A DNA stretch of 64,000 nt from Bacteriovoracia bacterium (GCA_050246755.1 JBFWVL010000001.1:160001-224000); one strand, 5' to 3'. Shown: positions 42,135-52,565, counted from the stretch's first letter. The notes: a model not told the origin generated them from the letters alone. Numbers and translations are program-made.

Positions 42135-43590
42135 GCCCTTCGTCTATAGCTTGCGCATGCGCCTCACGGCCCTTTATCTCGGCCTGCTCGCCGTCACGCT
42201 CGCGGTATTCTGCAGCGTGCTCTACCAAGTTTTCGTGCGTAATCACCAGCAAGAATTCGACTTTGCGCTCTATAACCACGCGGTAGACGTTTCCCGCTCC
42301 ATTACCGTCGATTTTTTCGGCGATCTCGTTTTCACGCCGAACGCTCTTTACTCGAAAGAAAAAGTTTTTCCTTTTTCCCTAGGAAAATCCTTCGCCCAGG
42401 TGGTTTCCCTCGAAGGCCAGGTAATCAATCCTTCTGAAAACCTCGGCAATGCCTACCTCCCGCTTTACACCGAGGATTGGCAGGAAGTATTCCGCCGCGG
42501 CCATACTTACCGCACGCTCGGCCCCAGCGAACTGAAGAACATCAAGGAAGCCCTGCCCAAGGAGAGCTATCGCCTCATCACCTACATGATTCGGCGGGGA
42601 AAACCCGTGTTCATCCTACAGATCGCCGTGCCTCTCACCCTGCTCGAGCGTGAGGCGGCCAGCCTGATCCTCTTCTTCGTGATCGGCGTTCCGATGGCGC
42701 TGATCTTGTTCGCCGTCTGCGGCCTTTACGTGGCCAATAAAGCGCTTGAGCCCGTGCGGGGGATCATCAAGAAAGCCTCGCAGCTGAATCCTTCCAATCT
42801 TTCGCAGCGCCTGCCCGAGCCCAATACGGAAGACGAAATTCGCCGCCTCACCGTTACGCTCAACGGATTGCTCGGCCGGATTGAGCGCGCCTTCGAGAGC
42901 CACGAGAATTTTATCGCCGATGCCTCCCACCAGCTGAAAACCCCCCTCGCCATTCTCCGCGGCGAGCTCGACGTCTTCCGCTCCAAGCCCCGCTCTCCGG
43001 AGGAGGTAGCGGCGCTGGTGAATTCCGCCTCTCAGGAACTGCATCATATGTCTCGCCTCCTCGATGATCTCCTGCTGCTGGCGAAGATCGATGCCGGCGC
43101 CGGCTCCCTCACCATGCGTAAGCTGCGCGTGGATGAACTAGTCGTAGAATGCGTGGCACGATTCGAAGTGCTCGCCAATAAAAAAAATATCTCCATTCGC
43201 TTCGATCTCGACGACCGCACCGAAGGCACCTCCGCCGACGATTTCCTCGTGGACGGCGACTCCGACCTTCTACAATCCATGTTTAGGAATCTCGTAGACA
43301 ACGCGATCAAATATTCCCCCGAAGGCACTCCCATCGAAGTGCGCGTGATCAACGAGGCCACCCGCGTGGTCACCCAGATCCGCGATTTCGGCGACGCCAT
43401 CGACCCGGAAACCGCCGAACGTCTTTTCCGACGCTACGAAAGAGGGAACTTGCTTGTGAGCACCGTGTCAGGAACGGGTTTAGGGCTTACTATCGCCCAG
43501 CGCATTGCCGAGCTTCATGGCGGTAACATATCGATTATTCAGGACAATTCTCCCGGAAAAGCCTTCCAAGTAGAGATGAAAAAGAATTAA
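42115..43590 (+). CDS. HAMP-domain sensor kinase (CusS-like)
   Basis: Two TM segments, HAMP, DASHQLKTPL, NAIKY, GTGLGL. Confidence 0.92.
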   Translation: MYFAKIKPFVYSLRMRLTALYLGLLAVTLAVFCSVLYQVFVRNHQQEFDFALYNHAVDVSRSITVDFFGDLVFTPNALYSKEKVFPFSLGKSFAQVVSLEGQVINPSENLGNAYLPLYTEDWQEVFRRGHTYRTLGPSELKNIKEALPKESYRLITYMIRRGKPVFILQIAVPLTLLEREAASLILFFVIGVPMALILFAVCGLYVANKALEPVRGIIKKASQLNPSNLSQRLPEPNTEDEIRRLTVTLNGLLGRIERAFESHENFIADASHQLKTPLAILRGELDVFRSKPRSPEEVAALVNSASQELHHMSRLLDDLLLLAKIDAGAGSLTMRKLRVDELVVECVARFEVLANKKNISIRFDLDDRTEGTSADDFLVDGDSDLLQSMFRNLVDNAIKYSPEGTPIEVRVINEATRVVTQIRDFGDAIDPETAERLFRRYERGNLLVSTVSGTGLGLTIAQRIAELHGGNISIIQDNSPGKAFQVEMKKN

Positions 43591-43636
43591 TACGCTTTTC
43601 ATCTCGTTTTAACCTCCCCCCGATATTGTCGTTCAC

Positions 43637-43965
43637 ATGGAAGCTTAATCGCTTCCCTTCCTGGAAACAGGACAACGGAAACGTTGAAACGAATGGAATG
43701 AAAAGGCGTGGCGATGAGTACAGGAAGGAAATTTAAGAAAGAGATTTACGTCGGGTTTCTCCTCTTTCTTTTATCCTTCCTGTACTTGTCGCATTTAAAC
43801 CAGGAATTCCAGCCAATTCACGCAGACGTAACTGCTCCCCCGTCCGCAAACACGGAGAAGCAGCCTAGTTAGGTACTACGGCCATACAAATAGTTTTCAT
43901 GCTCCCTCAGGGCTCAAGCGTCCAACCCTCCATCAACCACCAAACGCTTGGGCCCCCTTTATTTT
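43637..43965 (+). ncRNA. putative structured RNA (~330 nt), possibly dual-function with a 52-aa ORF
   Basis: Serial hairpins, a 19-bp stem 43711-43729/43774-43792 with G-U pairs on the plus strand, and a terminator with a C-rich loop. Confidence 0.6.
43714..43872 (+). CDS. putative 52-aa single-TM small protein
   Basis: MSTGRKFKKEIYVGFLLFLLSFLYLSHLN...; AAAAGG upstream; the start codon sits inside the long stem. Confidence 0.45.
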   Translation: MSTGRKFKKEIYVGFLLFLLSFLYLSHLNQEFQPIHADVTAPPSANTEKQPS

Positions 43966-44103
43966 CGCGGTTTGGGTCCTGAACTCGGTACCTGTTTCTG
44001 TGATTCCCTCTCTCAGTTAGCGGAGGCAGAATCGAAGGCGGGACTCAAACTGATTTTCTGCTCGCTTGCGCCCAAACTAAAAAAAGATAACACTGAACCT
44101 CGA

Positions 44104-45327
44104 ATGCGAATCCGCCAGGTCTTTTTTATCCTTTCTCTGACTCTATTTTCCATTCTTGCGTTGGAAGCCGCGGCGTTCCTCCTCGCGCTCGTTCTCCAGT
44201 TCGCTTTCTACGAAGACTGGGTCCCCATGGAAAAAAGGCCTCCCGTGGGCGTGCTGGCCAAACGGCTCGGCTTTCTCTACCAGGACCAAACCAAGAAATC
44301 GGATTTCGTGCTTTCTCCTTTTTTTGGGTTCAAGAATGCGGCCGGATCCATCAGAAGCTCCTTCGACGTGCTCGACCCTAAGGGCGAAAAAAGGCTGCTG
44401 GTAGGTCCGGAAGGCTTCGTAAAAAACAATTCGGACCCCGCCGATCCCGAGCTCGTGCCCAAAGACACTCCCCTCATCTTTATTTCGGGCGGCTCCCCCG
44501 TGGTCGGCTGGGGCGTGGATAAAAATGAAGATACCATTCCCGCCCTGCTGGCCGCCCGTTTAGCCCGCCGCTGCGAAAGCAGCTCCACCACTCCCCATTT
44601 TCGCGTCGTAAACGCCGGCGTGGCCGGCCACAACTCCTACATGGAACTGAATTATTTCAGCAGCGAACTCTCTTGGTATAAGCCGGTGGCCTGGATTCAG
44701 CTGAGCGGCATCAATGAAGCCTGGGTGATCGGCAAGCCATCCGGCTCTTTCGAAATCGACTACCACCGCAGCTGGATGAACTCTCCCATCGCCGACAAAG
44801 TTTTATTTTCCTCCTGGATGCCCGCCACCCAAAAGTTAGTTTCGATCTGGCTGCCCCTTTTATTTAAGAAACAAAATCCGACTTCGCTTGCGCCGAAATT
44901 CAGCGCCGGACTGAACCCCCGCTGGACGGAACGGACTTCTGCCCATTTTTTGCGAAATATCGCCCTAGCCGACGGTATCGCCAGCTCGCTAGGGGTAAAG
45001 CATTATTTCTTTTTCCAGCCCACCCAGGCCACCGACCAACGCGTGGCACCAAGGGCTGAGCTAGAAAGAAGATCCGTTACCATCCGGGAAAGTGCCTGGC
45101 CGCTTTTCCAAAGCCGTGCCCAGGCTTTCTACGACGAAGTGAGAACGGAATTGGCGTTCACGCATCAAAAAAATAATAACTGGCACGACCTCTCGAAAAT
45201 CTTCGATGGCGATGGCCACGAAATCTACTCCGATCCGCGCCACTACCTGCGCTACGGCAACGAAAAAATCGCGGCCGAAATGGAAAAGAAAATCTGGCCC
45301 AGCCTTCGCCAAATAATCTGTCACTAA
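44104..45327 (+). CDS. membrane-anchored SGNH/GDSL-like hydrolase
   Basis: N-terminal TM, GGS..G.G, VVNAGV.G, G.NE, D..H...GN. Confidence 0.78.
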   Translation: MRIRQVFFILSLTLFSILALEAAAFLLALVLQFAFYEDWVPMEKRPPVGVLAKRLGFLYQDQTKKSDFVLSPFFGFKNAAGSIRSSFDVLDPKGEKRLLVGPEGFVKNNSDPADPELVPKDTPLIFISGGSPVVGWGVDKNEDTIPALLAARLARRCESSSTTPHFRVVNAGVAGHNSYMELNYFSSELSWYKPVAWIQLSGINEAWVIGKPSGSFEIDYHRSWMNSPIADKVLFSSWMPATQKLVSIWLPLLFKKQNPTSLAPKFSAGLNPRWTERTSAHFLRNIALADGIASSLGVKHYFFFQPTQATDQRVAPRAELERRSVTIRESAWPLFQSRAQAFYDEVRTELAFTHQKNNNWHDLSKIFDGDGHEIYSDPRHYLRYGNEKIAAEMEKKIWPSLRQIICH

Positions 45328-45383
45328 ACATTTTTGTAATCATAAATAAGCAGCAAAAATAAGCTTATTCCGTTCCGGACTTC

Positions 45384-46898
45384 ATGGTAAATCCAAGCCC
45401 TATGGTAATGGAAATCCGCTACGATCCCGCCCTCGTAACCCTCTCGGTACTAGTGGCTATCCTCGCCTCCTATGTAGCGCTTGGTTTAGCGAACCGCATC
45501 ACCCAGGCGCGCGGCCACGCGAGAACGGTTTGGCTTTCCTTTGGCGCGCTCGCCATGGGGATCGGTATCTGGAGCATGCATTTTGTGGGAATGCTGGCCT
45601 CCGAAATGCCCGGCATGGCCATGGCCTACGATATTCCCTTGATGATTTTGTCCATCTTGATTGCCATCGGCGCCTCCGCGGTGGCGCTTTACGTGGTGAG
45701 CCGCCCGAAAGTTTTCGTTATTTCCGTCGTAATCGGAGGCACTTTCATGGCCGGCGCGATCGCGGGAATGCATTATGTGGGCATGTTCTCCATGCGCATG
45801 GCGGCCACGATTCAGTGGAACGCGCTGCTCGTGACTCTCTCCATTCTCATCGCCCTCGTGGCTTCCTTCGTGGCCCTGCTGGTTTCCATCCGCTTGCGAG
45901 ACGATTCCGAAGGGCATTGGCGCCAGTTGATAGCTAGCGCAATCATGGGAGTGGCCATTGCCGGAATGCACTATACGGGGATGGCAGCCGCCACTTTCAT
46001 CCATTCGGACACCACGTATTCTCTTGGCTCGGAGCCCCTGGCAAATTCATCCGGCCTCACCGTCGCGGTTCTTTCCACCACCTTGGCCATCCTAGGCCTG
46101 GCCCTCGGAAGCTCGATCATGGATCGGGCCCTTTCCCGGCGAACGAAAGTGGCCAACGAAAATGCACAACTCTACCGCGAAGCCAAAGAAGCCGTGCACA
46201 GTCTTCACGAGGAAAGAGAGCTGCGCCAGCGCTTCGTGTCCGCGATGGCCCACGATCTGCGTAACCCCTTAGCCGCCGCCACCATGAGTATGCAATTATG
46301 CGTGCGGCAACCAACCAATCCCGAAGGCGTAGAGAAACTGGGACGCAAAGCGATCGATAGCCTCCAGCGTATGGAACAAATGATCGAGGATTTGCTCGAT
46401 GCCCATCGCATCAGCGCCGGCCAATCGCTACCCCTCCAGCGAGAGGCTTGTAGGCTGAAAGAATTTCTCCAGAGTACCATCGAAGACCTGATCACCGTGC
46501 ACGGAAATCGCTTCGTTCTGCGGACCAATCTCGAAATTCAGGGAAATTGGGACTGCAAGTACTTGCGGAGAGCCGTAGAAAACCTCTGCACCAACGCGGT
46601 AAAATACGGAAAAGAAGATAAGCCAATTTTCATCGGAGCCAAGCTCAGCCCGGACGGAAAAATTGCCACCGTTTCGGTGACCAACGAGGGTGAACCCCTA
46701 AGCGTGGACGAAAAAAATAAGCTCTTTAGTTTATTCAGCCGCGGGAAAAAAGCCGAAAAAAGCGGAAAACAAGGATGGGGATTAGGCCTGACCATCGTGC
46801 GCGGAATCGTAGAGGCCCACGGCGGAAGCGTCACCGTGGAAAGCGCCGCGGGAGCCGGCACAACTTTTTTCATGCACCTACCGATTGCAAAGGCCTAA
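45384..46898 (+). CDS. MHYT-domain sensor histidine kinase
   Basis: WSMHFVGM, MHYVGM, MHYTGM repeats; AHDLRNPL; GWGLGL. Confidence 0.92.
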   Translation: MVNPSPMVMEIRYDPALVTLSVLVAILASYVALGLANRITQARGHARTVWLSFGALAMGIGIWSMHFVGMLASEMPGMAMAYDIPLMILSILIAIGASAVALYVVSRPKVFVISVVIGGTFMAGAIAGMHYVGMFSMRMAATIQWNALLVTLSILIALVASFVALLVSIRLRDDSEGHWRQLIASAIMGVAIAGMHYTGMAAATFIHSDTTYSLGSEPLANSSGLTVAVLSTTLAILGLALGSSIMDRALSRRTKVANENAQLYREAKEAVHSLHEERELRQRFVSAMAHDLRNPLAAATMSMQLCVRQPTNPEGVEKLGRKAIDSLQRMEQMIEDLLDAHRISAGQSLPLQREACRLKEFLQSTIEDLITVHGNRFVLRTNLEIQGNWDCKYLRRAVENLCTNAVKYGKEDKPIFIGAKLSPDGKIATVSVTNEGEPLSVDEKNKLFSLFSRGKKAEKSGKQGWGLGLTIVRGIVEAHGGSVTVESAAGAGTTFFMHLPIAKA

Positions 46899-46901
46899 AT
46901 A

Positions 46902-48143
46902 TCAGGCTTTTGCTCGCAGCGCCGCAATCCGCTGGGTCACCGGCGGGTGACTATAATCCAAAAATACTTTCCAGGGATGCGGATTCAGATTAGATAAGCT
47001 CTCCACGCTCAGGCGTTTCAGCGCCTCGATCAAGGCCGAGCCGTCCCCGGTAGTTTCTCGCGCAAACTCGTCGGCCTCGAATTCATATTTCCGGGAGAGA
47101 ATCTGGAATGCCAAAGAAACTAGGAGGCCAAGGGGAGCGTAGAGGAGAAAAGCCACCGTGAGGCTCGCGTGCAGGGAGGGCTCGGCGAACCCCAGGAGAT
47201 GCGCCATCGTTACCTGATTATTGATCACCAGGGAAAGAAGCCAGAACAACCCCAAAAAAACCGCGAAGGAAAGCGCGATCTGCTTCAGAATATGCCCGCG
47301 CTTGAAATGCCCTACTTCGTGGGCCAATACCGCCACCAACTCATTCGTGGGATGGCGGCTCACCAAGGTGTCGAACAATACGATCCGGCGAAAACGGCCA
47401 AAGCCGGTGAAAAAGGCATTGGCCTTCGAAGAGCGCTTCGAGCCATCCATCGTGAAAATTCCCTGCAATTTAAAGTTAACCCCTCTAGCGTAGGCCTCAA
47501 TCGCTAACCGCAGGTCACCCGCCGCTAGCGGCTCAAACTTATTAAAAAGCGGCATGATCACGATGGGCGCCAAGAATCCCACCACGATTTGGAAAAAGCA
47601 CATAAATGCCCATGCCCAAATCCAAGCACTTTCTCCGGCCGAAAGCAGGAACCAGAAAAGCGTGGCCATCAATGCGCCACCGATAATCAATCCCAAAACC
47701 CACCCCTTCAGCGTGTCTTTCACGAAGGTGCCGAAGGTGGCGCGATTGAAGCCGAATTTTTCTTCCAGCACGAAGGTGTGATACCAACCGAGCGGCAAGC
47801 CGAGCAGCTCCGAGAGCGCGCCCAGGCCTAGAAAATAAATCAGCGCGGTGGCAATGGGGCCGAAGCCAAAATGACGGGCCCAAGTATCGACCCAGGAAAA
47901 TCCACCGAACCAGAGAAATACGAGGGTAGCCACCAGCGAAATCACGCGGCTAAAAATTTGGTAGCGGGTTTGATCGGCCAAGTAGGCCTGGGCGTCCGCA
48001 TATTTTTTTTCGTCCACCATCGCCCGAAAATCTACCGGCAGCACGGCCGTGCGCGCATGGCGCCAATTGAGAAAATCCACCGCCGTTCTTAGCAGAAAGG
48101 GGAGAACGAGGAGGGCCGTGAGTAGAAAAAAGAAGTCTGTCAT
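46902..48143 (-). CDS. M48 zinc metalloprotease (Ste24-like)
   Basis: DGSKRS..NAFFTG, AHEVGH, EFEAD, SHPP. Confidence 0.93.
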   Translation of the reverse strand: MTDFFFLLTALLVLPFLLRTAVDFLNWRHARTAVLPVDFRAMVDEKKYADAQAYLADQTRYQIFSRVISLVATLVFLWFGGFSWVDTWARHFGFGPIATALIYFLGLGALSELLGLPLGWYHTFVLEEKFGFNRATFGTFVKDTLKGWVLGLIIGGALMATLFWFLLSAGESAWIWAWAFMCFFQIVVGFLAPIVIMPLFNKFEPLAAGDLRLAIEAYARGVNFKLQGIFTMDGSKRSSKANAFFTGFGRFRRIVLFDTLVSRHPTNELVAVLAHEVGHFKRGHILKQIALSFAVFLGLFWLLSLVINNQVTMAHLLGFAEPSLHASLTVAFLLYAPLGLLVSLAFQILSRKYEFEADEFARETTGDGSALIEALKRLSVESLSNLNPHPWKVFLDYSHPPVTQRIAALRAKA

Positions 48144-48170
48144 GGGGGAATTATACTATACTCGCTGATT

Positions 48171-49475
48171 ATGGACCGCTTTTTACTCCAGAACGAAAAC
48201 CCCCTCTCCTTCTTCGAGCACCTAAGAAAACGTGGGCTCATCCAAGACCATACCCCCGGCCTCGAGGCCTACCTGAAATCTTGCCACAGCTCTGGCACGG
48301 TACCCCGCGCCTATATCGGTTTCGATCCCTCGGCCGAAAGCCTCCAGGTAGGAAATTTGATGCAGGCCCTGATTCTGCGCCGGGCACAACTGCACGGCGT
48401 GCAGCCGGTGGTTTTATTGGGCGGAGCCACGGGGCTCGTAGGCGATCCCTCCGGAAAAAAAGAAGAGCGCACTCTATTGGATAAGGAAGTAGCCACCGCG
48501 AATTTGGAAAAATTTAAAGTTCAGCTATCCAAGCTAGTGGACACCGACGCGGGAAAGTACCAGGCCAAGATCGTAAACAACTACGACTGGTTCAAGGATT
48601 TCAAATTCCTCGATTTTCTCCGCGACGTAGGAAAATTCATCACCGTAAATTACATGACCGCCAAGGACTCGGTGAAGATCCGCATGGAGACCGGCATCTC
48701 TTATACCGAGTTCGCCTACATGCTGATCCAGGGCTACGATTTTCTTCACCTCTTCGAGAAAGAAAACTGTGCGATCCAGATGGGCGGCTCCGACCAGTGG
48801 GGAAACATGACCACCGGCCTCGAGCTCATCCGCCGCAAACACGGCAAAGAAGCCCACGCACTCTCCACTCCCTTACTCACCGACGCCGCCGGCAATAAAC
48901 TGGGTAAATCCGAGAAGGGCACCATTTTTCTCGATCCCAAACTCACCTCCCCCTACCGTTTCTACCAGTATTGGCTAGGCCAGGCCGACACCGACGTGGA
49001 AAAGCTGCTTAGCTTCCTTACCCTCTTCGAAGACTCCTATATCGCAGAAGTGGTGGCCCAATCGCAGAAGCAACCCGAAGCGCGTACCGGTCAGAAAATC
49101 TTGGCCCACGAGCTCGTGCGCATGGTGCACGGAGAAGAGGCGGCCCTCGGTTCCGAGAACGCCACCCGCGTGCTCTTCTCCAAAGACCCGAAAGTGCTCG
49201 AATCGCTGAGCCCCACCGGGCTAGAGATGCTCGCGCAGGAAGTGCCGAGCTCGAAATTTTCCGGCACCGAAACGGGAATTTTAGATCTGATGGTTCAGTG
49301 CGGGCTCTGCGCCTCGAAGGGCGAAGCCAAGCGGCATATGAAGGGCAATGCGGTAACGATGAACCGCGAGAAAATCACCGACGAAGGCCTCAAGGTGAAT
49401 ACCGAAACCTTCGCCGGTAGAAAGATGCTCTTGCTTGGTATCGGCAAGAGCAATCTGCATTTATTGCTGCGTTAG
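48171..49475 (+). CDS. tyrS: tyrosyl-tRNA synthetase
   Basis: YIGFDPSA, QMGGSDQWGN, KLGKS, C-terminal S4-like domain; HIGH motif reads QVGN. Confidence 0.96.
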   Translation: MDRFLLQNENPLSFFEHLRKRGLIQDHTPGLEAYLKSCHSSGTVPRAYIGFDPSAESLQVGNLMQALILRRAQLHGVQPVVLLGGATGLVGDPSGKKEERTLLDKEVATANLEKFKVQLSKLVDTDAGKYQAKIVNNYDWFKDFKFLDFLRDVGKFITVNYMTAKDSVKIRMETGISYTEFAYMLIQGYDFLHLFEKENCAIQMGGSDQWGNMTTGLELIRRKHGKEAHALSTPLLTDAAGNKLGKSEKGTIFLDPKLTSPYRFYQYWLGQADTDVEKLLSFLTLFEDSYIAEVVAQSQKQPEARTGQKILAHELVRMVHGEEAALGSENATRVLFSKDPKVLESLSPTGLEMLAQEVPSSKFSGTETGILDLMVQCGLCASKGEAKRHMKGNAVTMNREKITDEGLKVNTETFAGRKMLLLGIGKSNLHLLLR

Positions 49476-49481
49476 GACGCG

Positions 49482-50375
49482 CTAGTAGCGGCGATAGATC
49501 GGGTTAGTGCACTTTACCGAACGAAGCTCTGCTTTTGCCTGGGCCTCTAACTCTTCCGTCTCATGCCTTGCATCTATTTCCGAGAATTCGTTAAAGAACT
49601 CGATACGCTTATCTAGCGCCCGGCTGGCCATTTCGTTATTGATCCGCGAGGGAAGGCATTCCGCCTTCTGGTATATACGCTCCTGAGCGAGATACCTCGC
49701 GCGTTCGGCCGCCGTGAAATATAAACCAAAACCTGAATTCACGGCAGCCTTCTGGATCTCTGCGTAATCCGGATTCGCGGCCCGCAATAAACGGCTTAGT
49801 TCCCGCACGGCTTCGTCCGAAACCTTGGCCTTTCCTTTATACAACTGCAAGCTTACCAGGAGCTCGTGAATCACCAGGGGAGCACGCAATTCCGGATGTG
49901 CCGTAAAAAATGCTTTGTCCGCACGTACGGCCAACGAGGACTGGCAGGCCCTTATCTCTAGCTGCACCGACAAAACGCTCTGGTTGCGGCAGTTACCGTC
50001 TTGCCTCAAGGGCTTGGACTCGAGGTACCATTTCTTGGATTGGATTCCTCTTTCCAGAGCGGCGGCCATCGCGGGAAGATTCTTGCGCAAACCAGAGAGG
50101 TAGGGTTCAGCGAGCGTGCGTAATTCCGCCTGCGAAATAACTTCCGAGCCTTTGTTCTCATAGTCGTCGAAGAGTTCGGTGCCGTGGAAGTTTCCGCCGC
50201 CGGCGTCGGCGCCGCCCTCGGACTTCTGCAGTTCCGCGCTGGGCGCTTCCGCCATCTCGGCATAGGCCACCAAACCCGACTCATCGCTAGACGACTGCGC
50301 ATTTGCTAGACAAACAAGCGGGGAGGCAGCGATAAAACCTATATAAAACAAGGTGCTTAGCTTAAAAATTCTCAT
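49482..50375 (-). CDS. secreted hypothetical protein (GGADAGGGN motif; HELL zincin-like remnant)
   Basis: Signal peptide, AGGT RBS, divergent from a TIGR02147 gene. Confidence 0.75.
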   Translation of the reverse strand: MRIFKLSTLFYIGFIAASPLVCLANAQSSSDESGLVAYAEMAEAPSAELQKSEGGADAGGGNFHGTELFDDYENKGSEVISQAELRTLAEPYLSGLRKNLPAMAAALERGIQSKKWYLESKPLRQDGNCRNQSVLSVQLEIRACQSSLAVRADKAFFTAHPELRAPLVIHELLVSLQLYKGKAKVSDEAVRELSRLLRAANPDYAEIQKAAVNSGFGLYFTAAERARYLAQERIYQKAECLPSRINNEMASRALDKRIEFFNEFSEIDARHETEELEAQAKAELRSVKCTNPIYRRY

Positions 50376-50476
50376 ACTTCTTACCTTTCAATTTTTGGTC
50401 CAACTTTGGGGGCAAAAAGAAGATAAACGCGCTGCGCAAAAATCTCTATAGCAATATTGCAATTTATCTATTAAAA

Positions 50477-50495
50477 TTATTACAAATTGTAATAA
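50477..50495. promoter_or_regulatory. perfect 9-1-9 palindrome, candidate operator
   Basis: TTATTACAA-A-TTGTAATAA in an AT-rich divergent intergenic region. Confidence 0.55.
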
Positions 50496-50519
50496 TAAAA
50501 TCCGAAACCTATTGAACTT

Positions 50520-51332
50520 ATGAGTATTTTCTCGCATCAAAATTACCGGGATTTTCTTAAATCTTACGTAAATAATTTGCCCAAAAATGGCCGCGGGGAA
50601 ATTGGAAAAATGGCCAAGGCCACCTCCATCCACCCCACCCTCCTCAGCCTGATTTTTTCGGGAAAGCGCGATCTCTCCCCCGAGCAGACCCATGACCTCG
50701 CCGCTTATTTAAAACTTACCGAGCTCGAGGCCGACTACTTTTCCCTGCTCGTGCAGCACGCCCGCGCCGGAAATCACCGCCTCAAATCCCACCTCAAGAA
50801 AAAAATTCTGACCCTGCAAGCAGAGAGCTCCAAACTCTCCCAGCGTTTCGAACACGAAAAGACACTCTCGGAAGTGGAGCGCTCAATTTTCTATTCGAGC
50901 TGGCTTTACTCCGCCGTTCGCCTCTTTGCCTCCACCAGCGAAAATGGCAAAACGGTGGACGAAATCACCTCCCGCTTTCTTCAGCCGCGCCAGCGCGTCG
51001 TGGGAATCTTAAATTTCCTTGTTTCCACTGGCCTCGTAGTAGCAGAGCGCGATCGCTATAAAATCGGCCCGCTGCGCACCTTTCTCGAACAAGGCTCCCC
51101 GCACCTCGTGCGCCACCACACGAACTGGCGCAATAAAGCCGTGCAGAAGGCCGATCAAGTTTCCGAGGAAGAACTGATGTTCACGTCACCCATTTCGCTC
51201 TCGCGCGAGGATTTCGCCAAGATCCGCGAACAGATGGCCGAGCTCCTCAAGTCCGTTTCGGTCACGGTGAAAGAGTCCCCCGCCGAGGAAATTGCCTGCC
51301 TGAATATTGATTTGTTTTGGATTGAACGCTAA
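50520..51332 (+). CDS. TIGR02147/DUF4423-family HTH protein
   Basis: IF....YRDFL, HTH ending S.IFSGKR.L, YSSW, LNIDLF. Confidence 0.85.
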   Translation: MSIFSHQNYRDFLKSYVNNLPKNGRGEIGKMAKATSIHPTLLSLIFSGKRDLSPEQTHDLAAYLKLTELEADYFSLLVQHARAGNHRLKSHLKKKILTLQAESSKLSQRFEHEKTLSEVERSIFYSSWLYSAVRLFASTSENGKTVDEITSRFLQPRQRVVGILNFLVSTGLVVAERDRYKIGPLRTFLEQGSPHLVRHHTNWRNKAVQKADQVSEEELMFTSPISLSREDFAKIREQMAELLKSVSVTVKESPAEEIACLNIDLFWIER

Positions 51333-51455
51333 GCCTTCCCACAAGCGCCTTCTCGGGCGCGGCATTACGTCCTTTACTCTCTGCCTTCTTTGGCGCGTAA
51401 TTCGCAAAACTGAACCCGGAGTCCTTTATGGCCCCACCATCAATCGGAGAATTTT

Positions 51456-52001
51456 ATGCTCTATAAATCGCTCTTTGCCACCATCCTCTTCGCCAGCCTC
51501 TTTTCGGCTCTGGCCCAAGCCGAGCCACGCACCGTGCCCTTCGTAGACGTGAACCGTTATATTGCCGGCCCTTGGTACGAGATCTCCGCCAACCCAATGC
51601 CCTTCGAAAAAGACTGCACCTGCTCGCGGCAAGTGCTTGGCCTAGAATCCGACGGGCGCCTGAACGTGCGCAATACCTGTAATGATAAGACCCAGCGCGG
51701 CCCTGTGCGGGAGGTAAAAGGTTTCGCCACTAACGACGACACCGCCTCCAACGCGAAATTCACTGTAGATTTTGGTTTTCCCATCAAAGGAAAGTACTGG
51801 ATCATCGCCCTCGATCCGGCCTACCAGTGGGCGGTGGTTTCCGATCCCACCGAGCTTTCTTTGTTCGTGCTTTCGAAGACGCCCACCCTCGACCCCGCCC
51901 TCTACGACGCCGCGATCGCCGAAGCCTCTAGCGCGGGCCAGGTGGACACTTCCAAGCTAGTAAGCATGCAGCAAACCGGCTGCAGCTACCCGGCTCAATA
52001 A
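51456..52001 (+). CDS. lipocalin (Blc-like)
   Basis: VD..RY..G.WYEI, YWII.LD..Y, LSKTP. Confidence 0.9.
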   Translation: MLYKSLFATILFASLFSALAQAEPRTVPFVDVNRYIAGPWYEISANPMPFEKDCTCSRQVLGLESDGRLNVRNTCNDKTQRGPVREVKGFATNDDTASNAKFTVDFGFPIKGKYWIIALDPAYQWAVVSDPTELSLFVLSKTPTLDPALYDAAIAEASSAGQVDTSKLVSMQQTGCSYPAQ

Positions 52002-52565
52002 TTAGAAGCTTCGAATTCCGCGCTCGGTAACGATTATTTCCAATGGCTGGTCGTGAGGCTCCACCGGAATATGCCCGGCGGCTTCCTGCCAGCTAAAACC
52101 CACGCCCACTTTTTTGCCGTGGAACTTTTCGAGAAACCTATCGTAGTAGCCCTTCCCCTGCCCCAGGCGAAAGCCGCCGGCATCGAAGGCCACCATCGGC
52201 ACGAAACAGAGCGCGATCTCTCCCGGAGCAACCAGCGTTGCCTCTGGTCCGGGCTCCCTAAGACCGAATCGGCCCGTCACAAACTCGTCTGGATCGTTCG
52301 CGTCCTTCACCGCAAAAAATTCCATCTGCCCGTTTTCATAGGAGCGCGGGAAGCAGAAGCGGTGGTCACTACCAAAGATCGTCGCCAAATTGGCCTCATG
52401 CGGCATAGCTTGGTAGGCGGCAACTAGAGAATTTTGCGGAATAGTGGCGAGTACTTCCTCGAGGTAAGGCTTCAGTCCAAGATTCCAGGCGAGGTAATTT
52501 TCGGGAAGAAAAGTAGACTGGAGCCGACGGAAAAACAGGCGTACTTCCTGTTTGCTTTGTCCCAA
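52002..52565 (-). CDS. 5-formyltetrahydrofolate cyclo-ligase
   Basis: VP.VAFD..G.RLG.GKGYYDR, EPHD. Confidence 0.92.
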   Translation of the reverse strand: MGQSKQEVRLFFRRLQSTFLPENYLAWNLGLKPYLEEVLATIPQNSLVAAYQAMPHEANLATIFGSDHRFCFPRSYENGQMEFFAVKDANDPDEFVTGRFGLREPGPEATLVAPGEIALCFVPMVAFDAGGFRLGQGKGYYDRFLEKFHGKKVGVGFSWQEAAGHIPVEPHDQPLEIIVTERGIRSF

